Positions 41,456 through 55,670 are shown, numbered from the stretch's first letter. The stretch is DNA of 64,000 bases from Octopus sinensis (GCF_006345805.1 NC_043015.1:2356001-2420000), one strand, 5' to 3'. Translations and numbers: made by a program. The notes: generated by a model from the sequence alone, not told the origin.

Positions 41456-41510
41456 GTCGTATTAAGATTCAGAGTTTCGGATGCTTCGGCATCTCATCAG
41501 TTGTTAAGAC
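41456..41510 (-). ncRNA. Decayed type I hammerhead motif
   Basis: Reverse complement GTCTTAACAA-CTGATGA-GATGC(CGAA)GCATC-C-GAAA-CTC T GAA-TC-TTAATACGAC; one extra base and one stem III mismatch. Confidence 0.55.
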
Positions 41511-42149
41511 AAACAAAAACTCTAACAAATAACCGTTGAATAAAGGGAAAATTGCCCAAGTAGGCGTGGTGAAAGTAAAACTTCGTTCATGCAATCTGCA
41601 TATGCACACATATGCATATATACATACACGTACGCACACATACACACCATACACACACGCATGTATGTATACACACACACGTATATATGTATTCATATAT
41701 ATATATATACATACTCACCCACGTGGGTACATCTACAGACAGACACACGCATGCACACATATATATGTCTATACAAATGTAGACATATATATATATACAT
41801 ACAATACACGCATACACGCAAATACACAAGTATATATACCCATACACGCATCATTATGTTCATATACGCATCTCTATACGCACATGCACATACATACGGG
41901 AGAGCCAAAGCGTAGTCTATACGCACATGCATATATAAGCGCGGACAGACACATACACGAAATACATGAACCGTAAAAATGTAACATTCGCCGCAAAACT
42001 TGAATATACATAGGAGCTATATATGTATGTACACAAATACACCCTCCTCTCTGTCGAACATATCTATACCTGCAGATATATACACATATATACATACATA
42101 TATGTATGAATGAAGGATATAAATACAACAGGTAGGGTATTACACTCGT

Positions 42150-42710
42150 ATGTATGCAATCATTCGTATATATGCACGCACATACACATTAGGTATATAC
42201 TACACGCGTATATAATTACTCAAGTGAAAAGGGTGAAAAATAATATAGTGAAAAATATATAAATCATTAAAATATATAGAAGAGCTTTATACGAAATGTT
42301 AAGACATATGGAAGGCTTGTACGGGGACATAATATAAAACGCAGGTGGTATCTGTGATCTTGGAGCGGTCCGAAAACGTAACAATTCTTTTGGCACATGT
42401 GGACATAATACAAAAAAGTTCACTTACACTTGTAGAGGTGTCGGAAATTTTGAGGTCATGTCTACATATAGGAAAAAACATTTGTTACGTTTATGGAGCC
42501 CTCCGAAATTATAGATCAAACTTGCTTTTTATATTATGTCCACGTACAAGCCTTTCGTATGTTTTCTGTAGATATTATGGCTTCATATATATTTTCACTG
42601 TATTATTTTTCAGCCTTTATAATTGTGTAATTATATACGCTTGTAGTATATATCAAATGTGTATGTACCTGCATATACACAGATGCACCAATGATTATAT
42701 ATACATACAT
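42150..42710. repeat. ~560-bp imperfect palindrome (foldback/MITE-like)
   Basis: e.g. 42304-42340 vs 42528-42563, 42228-42250 vs 42596-42618, 42194-42220 vs 42626-42652; centre about 42430. Confidence 0.85.
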
Positions 42711-42724
42711 ATATATATATATAT

Positions 42725-42776
<52 letters not shown>

Positions 42777-43079
42777 CTAGACGTACTAGAATGCTAATTC
42801 AACATATTCTAGGAGAAATAATAATGTTAATGGATACAGGAAATGCAACAAACTTTTCAATTTGGAAATATTATGATATGAACGAATTCATTTATTAAGT
42901 ATACATTAAAAATACACAATAACCATTTATATATACTAAACATTATTTGCCAACATAATGAGGCAGTCACGGTTGGGAGGAATTTCACGGTTATTTAGCT
43001 AGATACCACTAACATTCTTCCCGACCGGGACTGCCACATTATTGGGAAAATATTGTCTCCGGTTGAGAGATTTAGAAAT

Positions 43080-43089
43080 TATATATATA

Positions 43090-43134
<45 letters not shown>

Positions 43135-43235
43135 TATATATATATATATAATATTATATATATATATTGCATATATATATATATTATATATATATATATA
43201 CATATATGTATATAGATATATATAGATATATATGC

Positions 43236-43273
<38 letters not shown>

Positions 43274-43316
43274 CTATATATATATATATATATATATGCA
43301 CATATATATACATATA

Positions 43317-43408
<92 letters not shown>
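43080..43408. repeat. (TA)n array
   Basis: Direct reading. Confidence 0.95.
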
Positions 43409-43410
<2 letters not shown>

Positions 43411-43507
43411 ATTGGCACCCCTTCGGTTATGATTACTAGCATTCTAGTACGTCTAGTATATTATATATTATATATATATATATATAATATATATATATAT
43501 AGGATTT

Positions 43508-43870
43508 GGCACCCCTTCGGTTATGATTACTAGGATTCCAGTAGATCTCATCAACGGAACAACCTGCACGTGAAATTAACGTGCAAGTGGCTGAGCACTC
43601 CACAGAAACATTTACCCTTAATGTAGTTCTCGGGGGAATTCAGCGTGACAGAGAGAGTGACACATTTGGCCCTTTGAAGTACAGGTACGACAGAAACAAG
43701 AAGAAAGAGTGAGAGAAATGTTTGGTAATTGTATAATTGTGCTCACCACCATTCCCTGCCGGAACATCGTAGGGATTTAGGTGTTTTCGCTCAATAAACA
43801 CTCACAACGCCCGATCTAGGAATCGAATCTACGATCCTACGACATCGAGCCACTGGGCCATTGCACCTCC
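43508..43870 (-). mobile_element. tRNA-derived SINE, family C
   Basis: Reverse complement GGAGGTGCAATGGCCCAGTGG...GATTCGATTCCTAGATCGGGCGTTGTGAGTGTTTATTGAGCGAAAACACC...GTGCTCAGCCACTTGCACGTTAATTTCACG. Confidence 0.85.
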
Positions 43871-45539
43871 ACAAACACAGACACACACATACACACATAT
43901 ATGTATATGCATCATATTGCGAATAAATTTATGGGCATATTCGTAATTCAGAATATTCTATAGAAATCAAGCCTTCAAGATTTAGCAACACAAAGAGAAC
44001 ATATTGAGTAACAAATATAAACGTCGTTCGGTCGCTGATAGACCACGCATTACATGGCTGAAACAAAAATTCACCCAAAACCTTGACGATTTGTTTCAAA
44101 GTGTTGTATATTAAGACAAAAAAATAGCCAGGCAAAATAATTTAGATAATACTAAAGTGGCATCTAAAAATATTTGTTTATATTTCTGGTATATCAGGAT
44201 TCACATTGAGCTAAACATTAACAGCTTCATTGATAAACTAGATAAATATTTTCTAAAGCGCTATTATTATTTATGTGTATATATTCTTATCAGTCTGATT
44301 ATAAAATGGATATTTTTGTGTATCACACGATAGACCGTAGAATTTGGTATTTTAATTCCCAGTGTCACCGAATTGTTTGCTGCTAGGCAGAAAAGAGTAT
44401 TGCGACATATTTAACCCACTTCACTTAGTTCTTTAAAAAGTATGTTTATAGCTACGCACAGAGAACGATGCCGCCCACATCTCAAATCAGATGCTGAATT
44501 TTAAAATCCATTATCAATTTTACTTTTGTGTGATCTTTCTCATTAATATGCTCTGGATTTGATGACAACATTTCTTATACATCGAAGATAAGCTCGAATA
44601 AATTCATTTCATATCGTGATCCTTTCATTCATCTGCTTTCCCATAAACATCAACCAATATGAATTAAAATTATATCAAGGATAGCAGAAGTTGCAGCTAA
44701 AGATTGTCCTGCACTACCACCTTAAAACATGAATGGTATTTCATTGTACTGTTCGTGTGAGAAATGGCAGAATAAAATAAAGAGTAAAGCGGTTAAATTG
44801 ACACGACACCGAACTGTACCTATTACACACGAATTTAAAACTAACTAGTAAGAATTATTCTTGAATACATGACCATTTCTCTATAACTTGCCCACTTCAG
44901 ATTCCCGATGCCTATCCAACCCGACCATTTATGATTCGAGATTGGGACATATAAAGAACTGCAAGTTATTTGAAATGCCATCGGGGGATACAAAGTGAAA
45001 CCATTTCAAACACGAAAAAAAATGCGTGAGGCAATATGATATAAAATTCACAAGAACAGAATCTTAGATCAAAAGACCATATAAATAGGTTCATTTGCTG
45101 CAAATTAAGTGTAATGAGTGAGTTAGTATTCAGAAAATGACACAACTAATTTTAGCAAGCTAATATCCATTAGAAAGATCCAAACTTATTTCTCTATTAC
45201 AATCTTATCATAGCTTCCCACATGATATTAGAACTCCGTATTTCCTCTTACGTAAAAGCCATTAAATTAATATAACCTTACAGGTGATTGAAGCCAAATA
45301 GGACCATTCCTGAAATTTGTTCATTGGTTTCAATTCGGTTGTCGATATCAATATAATGGATGATTTAATGTAATCTAACGTAATGTAATGTATTGAACGG
45401 AGATTCGCACACATTCACACGCAAACAAAAGAAGACATGTGTACACATATACAGGATGCACACACAAACATACACGCACCCAGATATATAAATATACGCA
45501 CACACACGCACACGCTTACTTGCGTGTATGTATGCATGT

Positions 45540-45679
45540 ATGTCTATATATATATATAAGTGTGTGTATGTATATATGTATGTATGTATATATATATATG
45601 TGCATATATACACATATATATATATATATATATATACATATTATATATATATATGTACATACATATATATACATATTGT

Positions 45680-45737
<58 letters not shown>

Positions 45738-45808
45738 TACATATATATACATATTATATATATATATAAATTTCCATACATATATATACATATAATATAT
45801 ATATATAC

Positions 45809-45844
<36 letters not shown>

Positions 45845-45905
45845 ATATATATAATATATATATATATATATGCACATATATATATATATAATATATATAT
45901 ATATA

Positions 45906-45939
<34 letters not shown>

Positions 45940-46010
45940 ATGGATATATATATATACATATACTGTATGTATATGTATGTATATATATGTATATATATAT
46001 ATGCATCTGT
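45540..46010. repeat. Imperfect (TA)n array
   Basis: Direct reading. Confidence 0.95.
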
Positions 46011-46887
46011 GCTTGTGTGTCTGTATATGCACGCCTGAACACACAGTGGTACACATTCACACACATACATATACACACATGCAAAGCGGTGCTGATATTC
46101 ATTATGGAACTAAGTAACCTTCACTATTTCCAATAATGACCTAAACCTTAAGAGCTGCACATCAAATTTCACCAAGGCTATTAATCAATTTTATGAGATT
46201 AATTCTTAACAAGTGATATCAAAATCAATTAAATATTTATTATTCGTTTCTTAATTGATATACGCTGTATATGATTTGTTAGGAGCTTAGATATGTGTTT
46301 ACTTAAGGTTTAAGAGAATCGTAAGATATGCGGAGCAATACACCCACTGGTAATTTAAAATTGCGTCTGCGTAGTTAGTACGACGTAAAAATTACTGTAG
46401 ATTAATTACTTAATTAATTTCAGCATGAGTTCATATTAATGGGCTTTTTTGTTTCCTGAAATGATGATACAACTACAGAAGAAAGACGAGCGTTGGGAAG
46501 CAATTAAAACTAATAGAAAACATAAATATTCATTCGTATTTAAATTAAACACTGCCTTTAAATCTTTATTTCGCTGCAATCCATTATTACGATAGATGGA
46601 TTGCGGCGCCTTTTATAAAAATCCAACTTAATGCTAAATTATTCACATTGATCACATATGCTTCCATTCTGAAATTGAAACACATATAACGGTAAAAGAG
46701 AGTGTGAATCATCCATAACAGAGTGCTGGGAAATGTAACAAAATGCCATAGTTTGTGATATTCATGCAAGCAAAATACAACCTTTTTCTCCCATATCCCA
46801 ATGCATTTTCGAAGTATTTGCACTAAATGCACCAACATGGCAAAAGTGCTGCATTGCAAGGAATTTTTTCTCTAATAATTCTATTAT

Positions 46888-47069
46888 AAACGATTGCAGC
46901 GTGGAAGGTATTTGTAAGCCATTTAAGAAACACACAAAAGCCGTTCGATTCACTTCAACATTTAATTTTAATTTGTCAAAATATTTTCGTCGCTCTAAAT
47001 CCGCGACCTGTTCACTGACGAAAATCAGTGCTGCATCTCTTACAAACACCTTCCACGCTGCAATTGTTT
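46888..47069. mobile_element. ~180-bp MITE-like element with 26-31-bp terminal inverted repeats
   Basis: ATTGCAGCGTGGAAGGTATTTGTAAG (46893-46918) vs CTTACAAACACCTTCCACGCTGCAAT (47039-47064), 25/26 complementary. Confidence 0.75.
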
Positions 47070-48563
47070 TCGTTCCAGCACACGATCTCAGATCAAATCA
47101 CTTGCTATGTGAGTACATCTCCGTAATTCTATTATATCCGTTTAAAAAATATATGCAGATCTCAGCTATATAGGTGGTATAGATATATTCGTGTGTGTGC
47201 ATACATTTGGGTGTATATGTGTGCTTGTATCGCGTGTAGATTGTGCTGCTGGTGTTGGAGTGTCAGCATGTGGTTCTTTCTGTACTTGTGTCCAGAAAAA
47301 ATATCGGATTTAACCACCCCACTTGTCATATATATCTCAATTCAACTTAAGTAATCCGGGATTCAGGCCACCTTTGTATTTTTGATTGTTGTTTTTTCGT
47401 CCTGTTTTTATTATACAAATGAAAGATGTGTTGTATAGAATCCAATGTTTTATATGTATGCTGGGAAACACATATTTCTTTTAGGGTACATATTTTATTA
47501 GCCTGCCAATTTTGACCCGCAAAACGCGTATTATTAGCTGCATTAACCATATTATTTCCAGAAGAAATAAAACATCTATGGCGGTTGTATGCTCTCTTGT
47601 GTCTACATAATGCTATCAAATTACCGTTTATATTTACTCCAACTCGGTTCACCTGGTACTATAATAGTCTAATCAAAGTTTTAAATTTTGTAATGTAGTA
47701 TAGCATTAACCGTGAATGCATTTGTCATGTTTATCGGTCTCTCTTTTGACCTTAATTGCTGCATAAATACCATTTAAGAGAAGCTTTGTAAAATTTCATT
47801 GTATGAAATATATTGATGTGTTACTTGCATGTCCCAATGCATTCTCACATTCTATTCTATATAATGATATTTGACAAGAGAAATTCTATCATTTTCAAGT
47901 ACGTATTGCCTATCTAAGTGGTTTGTATTAAGAAGCTTTGCTTCTTGAAAAGGTTTAATCGAAAGTGTTATGGTGCTCAAAATGAAAGGATTATTATAAA
48001 GGACATGATTCTTCTGTCAAGCACGTATTGAAACATTTGCCACAACAATAGGACAATTGAAAAGAGTGCAGCTTCTTATTGAACTTCATGTTCACTCAGA
48101 AATTACGTAACAGTAGGTTTACATTCATTCATTTATTCATAAGTATTGTACGAAATATATTGAGGGAAATGACGATTATAAGATTCCGATCAATACAACC
48201 AAGACTTTAATTGTGGATAAATATAAACACACGTACATAAAATATTTAAGTACATCTACGTGTTTAGTAATATGAAATCGCAAACAATCTTCGGAATATA
48301 TTAAACAAATTCAGTCTGAATGTTCACTGGATCAGCTTTAACACTTTCGATCTAATTTCGGATTTCCTTATTGTCAAGCAATATATTTGACCATGCAGTG
48401 TATTGACAGCGTGAAATTTAAGCTGGAAGAATTTTGGTCCTTTCTTTTTTTAAAACTCTTCTAAGTCTACCTAAACGTCTATTTGTATGCAGACATACAC
48501 GCACGCATATATACATGTATACGTACGTACATACATATATATAAATATATATATATATATATT

Positions 48564-48978
48564 TTTTACTTGTGTTAGTCATTTGACTGCGGCTATGCCG
48601 GAGCACCACCTTTTAGTCGAGCAAATCGACCCCAGGACTTATTCTTTGGAAACCTGGTACTCATTCTATCGGTCTCTTTTGCCGAACCGCTAAGTAACGG
48701 GGACATAAACACACCAGCATCGGTTGTCAAGCAATGCTAGGGGGACAAACACAGACACACAAACTCACACACACGCATATATATATATATTATATATATA
48801 TATATACATATATACGACGGGCGTCTTTCAGTTTCCGTCTACCAAATCCACTCACAAGGCTTTGGTCGGCCCGAGGCTATAGTAGAAGACACTTGCCGAA
48901 GGTGCCACGCAGTGGGACTGAACCCGGAATCATGTGGCTGGTAGACAGACTACGTACCACACAGCCACTCCTGAGCCT
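48564..48978 (-). mobile_element. CORE-type SINE family B, full length
   Basis: Matches the other family B copies. Confidence 0.93.
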
Positions 48979-49000
48979 CTATAACCACTCATGCGCCTAT

Positions 49001-50135
49001 ATGGAGGATCCAATACCACCTAGTACACTTCAGGAAAGAAGAAATCTGGAAGGCACCGAAGAACCTGTAAGTTCTACCTGCGAGGCAAATGTTGGCATGG
49101 TGAGGACGGCAAAAACTGCTGGCTCGCCCAGCAGACACCCCGCCTGAACTTCAGGGGACTCAAAGAGAAAAACTTTAACGAGGGAAAACACAAGAAATGT
49201 CTCCCAGGATAACTTTCAAAATTGAAGTGCGCTCCTCAGATGTTCTACGCAACGCAGCAGCTGAGCAAGAGTCTTTTTTATGCATTGTGCAAAGAATTGT
49301 CCGGCAGCTAACCTGGCTACACCAAGCACAGAGAGGGAACCCTGTCCACCACTATGCAAGACGACCACAGTCACCAGACATGGGATAGCCGCCCATAACG
49401 CCTGCACAGCCGTCACCCCAATACTTTTCCTAAATATTTGGGGCCTGTTGCATCAAAATAGAAGCAAAGTTTCTTTCCTGAGAGATCTTACTGCATGCAA
49501 TCAAGCCCTACGCATAGCACTTGTGGACACTCACCTCAACCCTGATATAGAGGACGCAGAAGTACACATACCAAACTATGCCATACTGCGAACAGACAGA
49601 AGGGAAAGGAGCCATCGTGGAGTTGCTGTATACATCCGAGATGACCTCAAACCCCAGGTCTTAATGACATACTCAAATTCGGTATGTGACACTTTAATTG
49701 TATTCATAAGACAACATAATATAGTCATATGCAATACATATTGCCCACCGGATGCCCCAAATCACATAGGCAAGTTTGAAGATTCCTTCACAAGAATTAA
49801 AGTAATCCTCATGAATCTGGAAAACCACGTGACCATATTTCTTATGGGTGATTTCAACTTCCCCAACGTCAAATGGCCCGAAGGTCACATACTTTCAGGA
49901 ATGAATCATTGCAAGTAAGTACACGTGGAGTCCCTGCTCAACCTCACCAATGCCTTATTCATGGAGCAAGTTGTACGCAAGCCAACTAGGGGTAATAACA
50001 TTCTGGATCTCTGCTTCACGTACAATATGGTCATCATTCGTGATGTTAAAGTGACACCGACATCAGTTTCGGATTACGGCATAATAAAGGTGTCTATGTT
50101 TGCGCCAATAGTAAAGAGAGACATACACCCTAAAG
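49001..50135 (+). mobile_element. CR1-like LINE fragment: ORF1 remnant + APE endonuclease of ORF2
   Basis: FLNIWGL, DTHL, YAILRTDR...GVAVYI, NTYCPP, MGDFNFPNVKW, (stop) EQVVRKPTRGNNILDL, SDYGII. Confidence 0.88.
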
Positions 50136-50440
50136 GAAGCACTCGAAAAAAAAAAATATATATAGATATATATTTAATTAAATTAGAATAGATGGACACA
50201 TTAGTATAATTATGTCTAAAATCTCGAAGAAGTTAAAGAGAAAGACAATGAATATGTTTCTACTTCAACATAGAATTATTGTATTACATGTGAATACCCT
50301 TGTTGTATATTGTGATTTTAATCACCTTACTTTGAAATTCTATGTGTAGTACCGTACTATATTCTGGAGCCTCAACTTAAGTAAGATATTCATCTGAATC
50401 AAAATTTTAGATGAATTCTAGATGAATTTATCTACCCAAA

Positions 50441-50501
<61 letters not shown>

Positions 50502-50650
50502 CACACACAAACACATATATATATATATATATATATGTATATGTGTGTGTATGTGCGTGTACGTTTGTATGTATCTAATTCGTATTTCACTATGTATCTC
50601 CATATGCATATGTATATCTATCTATCTATCTATCTATATATCTATCTATC

Positions 50651-50681
<31 letters not shown>

Positions 50682-50711
50682 CTTTCTTCTCTCTTTCTCT
50701 CTCTCTCTCTC

Positions 50712-50759
<48 letters not shown>

Positions 50760-52829
50760 TATATTATATATATATATATATATCAGATATCCATGTGACT
50801 GCATACGGTATTATAGATAAACGATGATGTATGTCAAAGATGTTTATATATTCATATTTGGAAATTATGCAGGAGAATGAAGCATCACACCAGCCGACAG
50901 GAATATGAAAGAAATTTACTTGCCACTAAAAAGAGAACATCGAAAATGCTTCCATTTAACGAATGCATAATATATTAACACTTACAGCATTTCATATATT
51001 ATGCAGCATATGTAATTTTGTGTAGAATGAATTTGAAATAGTATTCTCAGAGATATGCTTATGCAATAAAGCTAATATTTCAGATTACTCTACATAAAGT
51101 TCAATAAATATCACAACGAAATTATAAGAACCCCATCATGTTAACATTCAATACTCTTCTGTATGATTCAAGAAAAGTTTTGTCTCAATTTTCATTCACC
51201 TTATGTTTTAGACAATTCTTGTTTCATATTATATTTGTGATGATCACGCATTTATCAGTTGCTCCACACTCTTAAACACTGATTACTTACATAATGATTG
51301 TACTTCGAGTACCCTATGTACATTTTCGAAAAGGTATTCATCCTTGAATGTATTTAATTTGTTTTCATAAAACTAATCTACGCGCGTTTCTCTTTATATC
51401 TAGACTGCTTCACTTTTGCTTTAGTAATTATCCATACAACGTACATAGCTCATCATGTTCACTCAGTATCTGGGTGTAATGCAACGTAGATTGATATGTT
51501 AATCTATTTGCGCATATATATGTGTGTGAGTGGATGCTTTGAAGTGTTTTAGATTGTGTTTGTATCTAATTTTCTTTTCATTTCGCCAAATTTAAATGAA
51601 TTATCGTTGCCACAAATTGCAGTTAGTTACCCACAGCCTGATCGCCCGTCTTCCTAAGTTTTCGTTAAGTTACTACTCTTCAGAGAAAGCCTTACATCAA
51701 TATAGGATGAAATTACAATATGAAAATCTATTGACTTATTCAATCAGCAAGGAGCCACAGGAGAATCTCCTTCATATCTTTGCAATATACCAAATACACA
51801 GGCTGTTCTAGATATACAAGATATACAGGCTGCTAGATTAGGAATGCAAGTACTACACCACACAAACAATCACCATTCAAATTGATCATTGCTGTCAAGG
51901 ACACTGCAATTCAATTTTTGATGACCGAAACATTGACACCTTTGATGAGATAGCTCTGAATTCTATGGGATATCACGTGATATTTATTCGAGTCTCTCGA
52001 TTATGTGGCATACCGGTTTCAGTAAATATGTTTTTTGAATGAAATGTCGCTTATGGTGTTTCCAATTCTATATATTAGAAATACTTTTATGAATTCAGAT
52101 ACATTTTCATATACTCTTAATAAATATTACTATCTTTTTTGCTTTCCGGAAAGACGTTTGCTGCGAAAATGAATTTCACTAGATTGGTTTCTGTCATTTA
52201 AATTTCGCTACTAGAAGAACTATGGCGCTTTCATAGTTTGCAAAAATTTACCAGCTCAAATTTTGTTTTCAGTTATATAAAATATTCATATCATATCAAA
52301 TTTTGTTTTTACACAGCACATTATCTTTCTATTGCTAATTACTACTGATTACAAAGGAAAAATGGATTTAAAGATTCTAGTGATATGGAATTTGAAAAGA
52401 GCTTTTTAAAACTTCGCCAAATTTCAATGGTGAATATGATAAATGTTTCAACAGTATCGTATCATTAATTAATACAACACGAGGATACTAATTAGATTTT
52501 TAATAATAAAGGAAAATATATTTCTGATATTTCGATACGACATAGCAAAGAATATTATTGAATAGTGTTAGAAACTTACACACACGCGTGCGAATAATCG
52601 CACACGCAAACACACACACACATACGCACTATAGATACACTGTTATGCATATAAGGTGTATATACTGCAATTACATAAACAAGAAAATATTTCCCGATAC
52701 TGAATATTCATATGAATATGAGTTCATGTATATCGGATTCTCTTTCCTAATCTTCTATCATTTCTTCACTGTTTCACAAGAACACATATAGATCTTATTT
52801 TCCTTACATCATGCATATCTAGCTATCTA

Positions 52830-52979
52830 TATGCATATATATATATGTATATAAATACACTAATATATGTATGTATATACGTTCATATATATATATATAT
52901 ATGTACATATATATATATATATATTCAGGATCGATATATATATATATATATCGCTGAATATATATATGTAAATATATAT

Positions 52980-53050
<71 letters not shown>

Positions 53051-53055
53051 CATAC
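52830..53055. repeat. (TA)n array
   Basis: Direct reading. Confidence 0.9.
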
Positions 53056-53646
53056 GTGACTATTCACATTAATGTGTATGTATGGGGGTGTGAATCTGTG
53101 TACGTGCGCACAAATGAAACTGGAGTGTATTTGGCTATGTGTAGATAGAGTTCAAATTAATTAAATTTTCAAACAAATAATATGTTTCTAATCAATTTAT
53201 GGAACTCCACTGAGATACGGAGATACGTATGCAACAATCATACAAATCTATTCAACAAGATTAACAATATTATTCTAAAGAAAAACAATATATTCCAAGA
53301 ACAGGAAACTATTAAAGAATGTAATTCAGACCACATAGATGTCTAAGGGAGACAGTAACAAAGGCTTCAGGTTCTACAATAATTAATCATGTAAAATGAA
53401 TGTAAATCCTACAAACAACGGTTCGAAACACTTATATACATTTAATTGAATATGAAGCGCCCAGGTGTTGATATAAATAGAATTATTTATCACATATTCT
53501 ATATACATGTTATATTTTTGGATGATATTGAAGGTATACTATTGCTTGCGTTCAATGTTCCAAGAAAAACAATCACCATAGCGATGATGACATGCGTAAG
53601 TGCAAATGAACATGTATGTAAGTATGTATGTATCTCTCTCTCCCTT

Positions 53647-53720
<74 letters not shown>

Positions 53721-53876
53721 TACATACAAACACACGTATGTGTAAGTATGTATGTCATTACACTGTTTTAATTCAAGATATCTTGCCGATAGAGAAGAAG
53801 TCGGTCTCTATGTTAGATCCCATACTCCACTGGCTTATTTTGTAATTATGTTATGAATGTATGTATGCAAGCATGC

Positions 53877-53937
<61 letters not shown>

Positions 53938-54039
53938 ATGTGTGTGTGTGTAGATTTCATATTTTGTTCTATATACATATTCTCATGCATATTGTTGCAT
54001 ATCTAGACATTCTCATATATATTTAAACGATAAACGTCT

Positions 54040-54494
54040 AGGAGGTTGTACACAATTCGGCACTTCCAGTGATACACTGGATCTGTAGTCATTGAAATTG
54101 CATTCTTCTTTCTGGCTTTGAGAAGCCTAATTTCACAAAATTAATATTTAAGAAGTATCTCATATATCATATTCCACATTAATTACAGGCATATATTTGC
54201 ACTTGTAATCTGGATAGAGTAACTGCAGATCTCTCAATAGTTCAGCGTAGGTATTCTCTTTTTCCTTGACCATCAACTTTATTTTAACATCTGGTGGGCA
54301 GCTAATTTCCACACCTGTACACAGGTCCCTCCTATGCTCTTGTACCACTGACATCACAGTTTATTGATTAACAATTGTTCCGCACATCCCCAGACGCCCA
54401 TCTTCCCAGCAGCTAGTTCTGTTGTGATGATGTTATTGGTTTCACAATGGTCGTGAGAGCTTGCTGGCAGATATTGACACGGCATGGCCTGTAG
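54040..54494 (-). mobile_element. R4/Dong-like (RLE-type) LINE remnant, internally deleted
   Basis: YRP...NNIITTELAAGKMGVWGCAEQLLINK (early RT) joined to VEISCPPDVKI...KENTYAELLRDLQLLYPDYK...P (restriction-like endonuclease) and LQIQCITGSA. Confidence 0.75.
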
Positions 54495-54687
54495 AACGTT
54501 AGCTTCTTGTACCCATACCCAGTATGTATATATGCCTGTATGTATGCATTACGCTGAACATCTCGAAACGGGAAGCAAAGACAACAACACAGTATCAATG
54601 TGTGATCGCACTAAACAAACGATTTTAGAAGATGTAGGAAAAATGGACAATCAGGAAAAAGGAGAACCCCCAATATATAATTCATAA

Positions 54688-54775
54688 ACAGGCGCAAACA
54701 CGACTGCTAGGTAAAGTGCTTGCTTCCTAACCATATGACTCCTGCTTCAATCCCACTATGTGGTAATTGGATTAA
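54688..54775 (+). mobile_element. Old SINE B head fragment
   Basis: AGGCGCAAACACGACTG...GCTTGCTTCCTAACCATATG...TTCAATCCCACTATGTGG. Confidence 0.55.
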
Positions 54776-54793
54776 TCTGGTACATATTATGAC

Positions 54794-54833
<40 letters not shown>

Positions 54834-54844
54834 ATATATATATA

Positions 54845-54895
<51 letters not shown>

Positions 54896-54899
54896 TCAT

Positions 54900-55302
54900 A
54901 TGTCTTTATTGCCCACAAGGAGATAAGCATAGAGGGGACAAACAAGGAAAGACAAATGAATTAAGTCCATTACATCGACCTTAGTGCGTAACTAGTACTT
55001 AATTTAGCGACGCCGAAAGGATAATAGACAAAGTCAACCCCGGCGGAATTTGACCTGTGAATGTAGCGGCAGACGTAGTACCTGTTTCTTTACTACCCAC
55101 AAGGGGCTAAACACAGAGGGGATAAACAAGGACAGACAAACGGATTATGTCGATTATATCGACACCAGTGCGTAACTGGTACTTATTTAATAGAAAGGAT
55201 GAAAGGCAAATTAGACCTCGGCGGAATTTGAACTCAGAACGTAACGGCAGACGAAATACGGCTACGCATTTAGCCCGGTGAGCTAAAGTTTCTGCACCCT
55301 CG
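54900..55302 (-). mobile_element. Two head-to-tail SINE A copies
   Basis: About 54900-55076 (5'-truncated, more diverged) and 55078-55302. Confidence 0.88.
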
Positions 55303-55331
55303 CTATATATATATATATATATAGATATATA

Positions 55332-55384
<53 letters not shown>

Positions 55385-55514
55385 TGTGTGTGTGTGTGTG
55401 TAAGTGTGTGTGTGTGCGTGTGAGTGTGTGTGTATTTCTGTGATTTCGCGTATGTATGTGTGTGTCTATGTGTCTGTGTCTGACAAATAATGAGAAGCTG
55501 GAGTTGTTTTTTCT

Positions 55515-55670
55515 TCACGACCCTGTAAAATGGCGGTTCGGCAAAAATATAGAAAAATACTAGGCCTTACTCAATAAGTATTGTGTCTATATATTTGACA
55601 AAAAATTCCTTCAAAGTGTTGCCCCAGTGCGAACGTAGTATAATGACAGAATCATATAAAAGCTAAGGCA
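55515..55670 (+). mobile_element. Old SINE B 3' fragment
   Basis: GGCGGTTCGGCAAAA...TACTAGGC...GTGTTGCCCCAGT. Confidence 0.5.

Noticed and set aside
43929-44135. 68-aa minus ORF with vague GPCR TM3-like look (LGEFL..C.AW..D)
   Set aside because: Spacing does not fit, no DRY motif, no splice context or continuation; likely chance.
41012-50135. Joining the CR1-like 3' piece (41.0-41.3 kb) and APE piece (49-50.1 kb) into one element
   Set aside because: Order is reversed for a plus-strand element (3' end lies upstream of the 5' part), so they are separate insertions.
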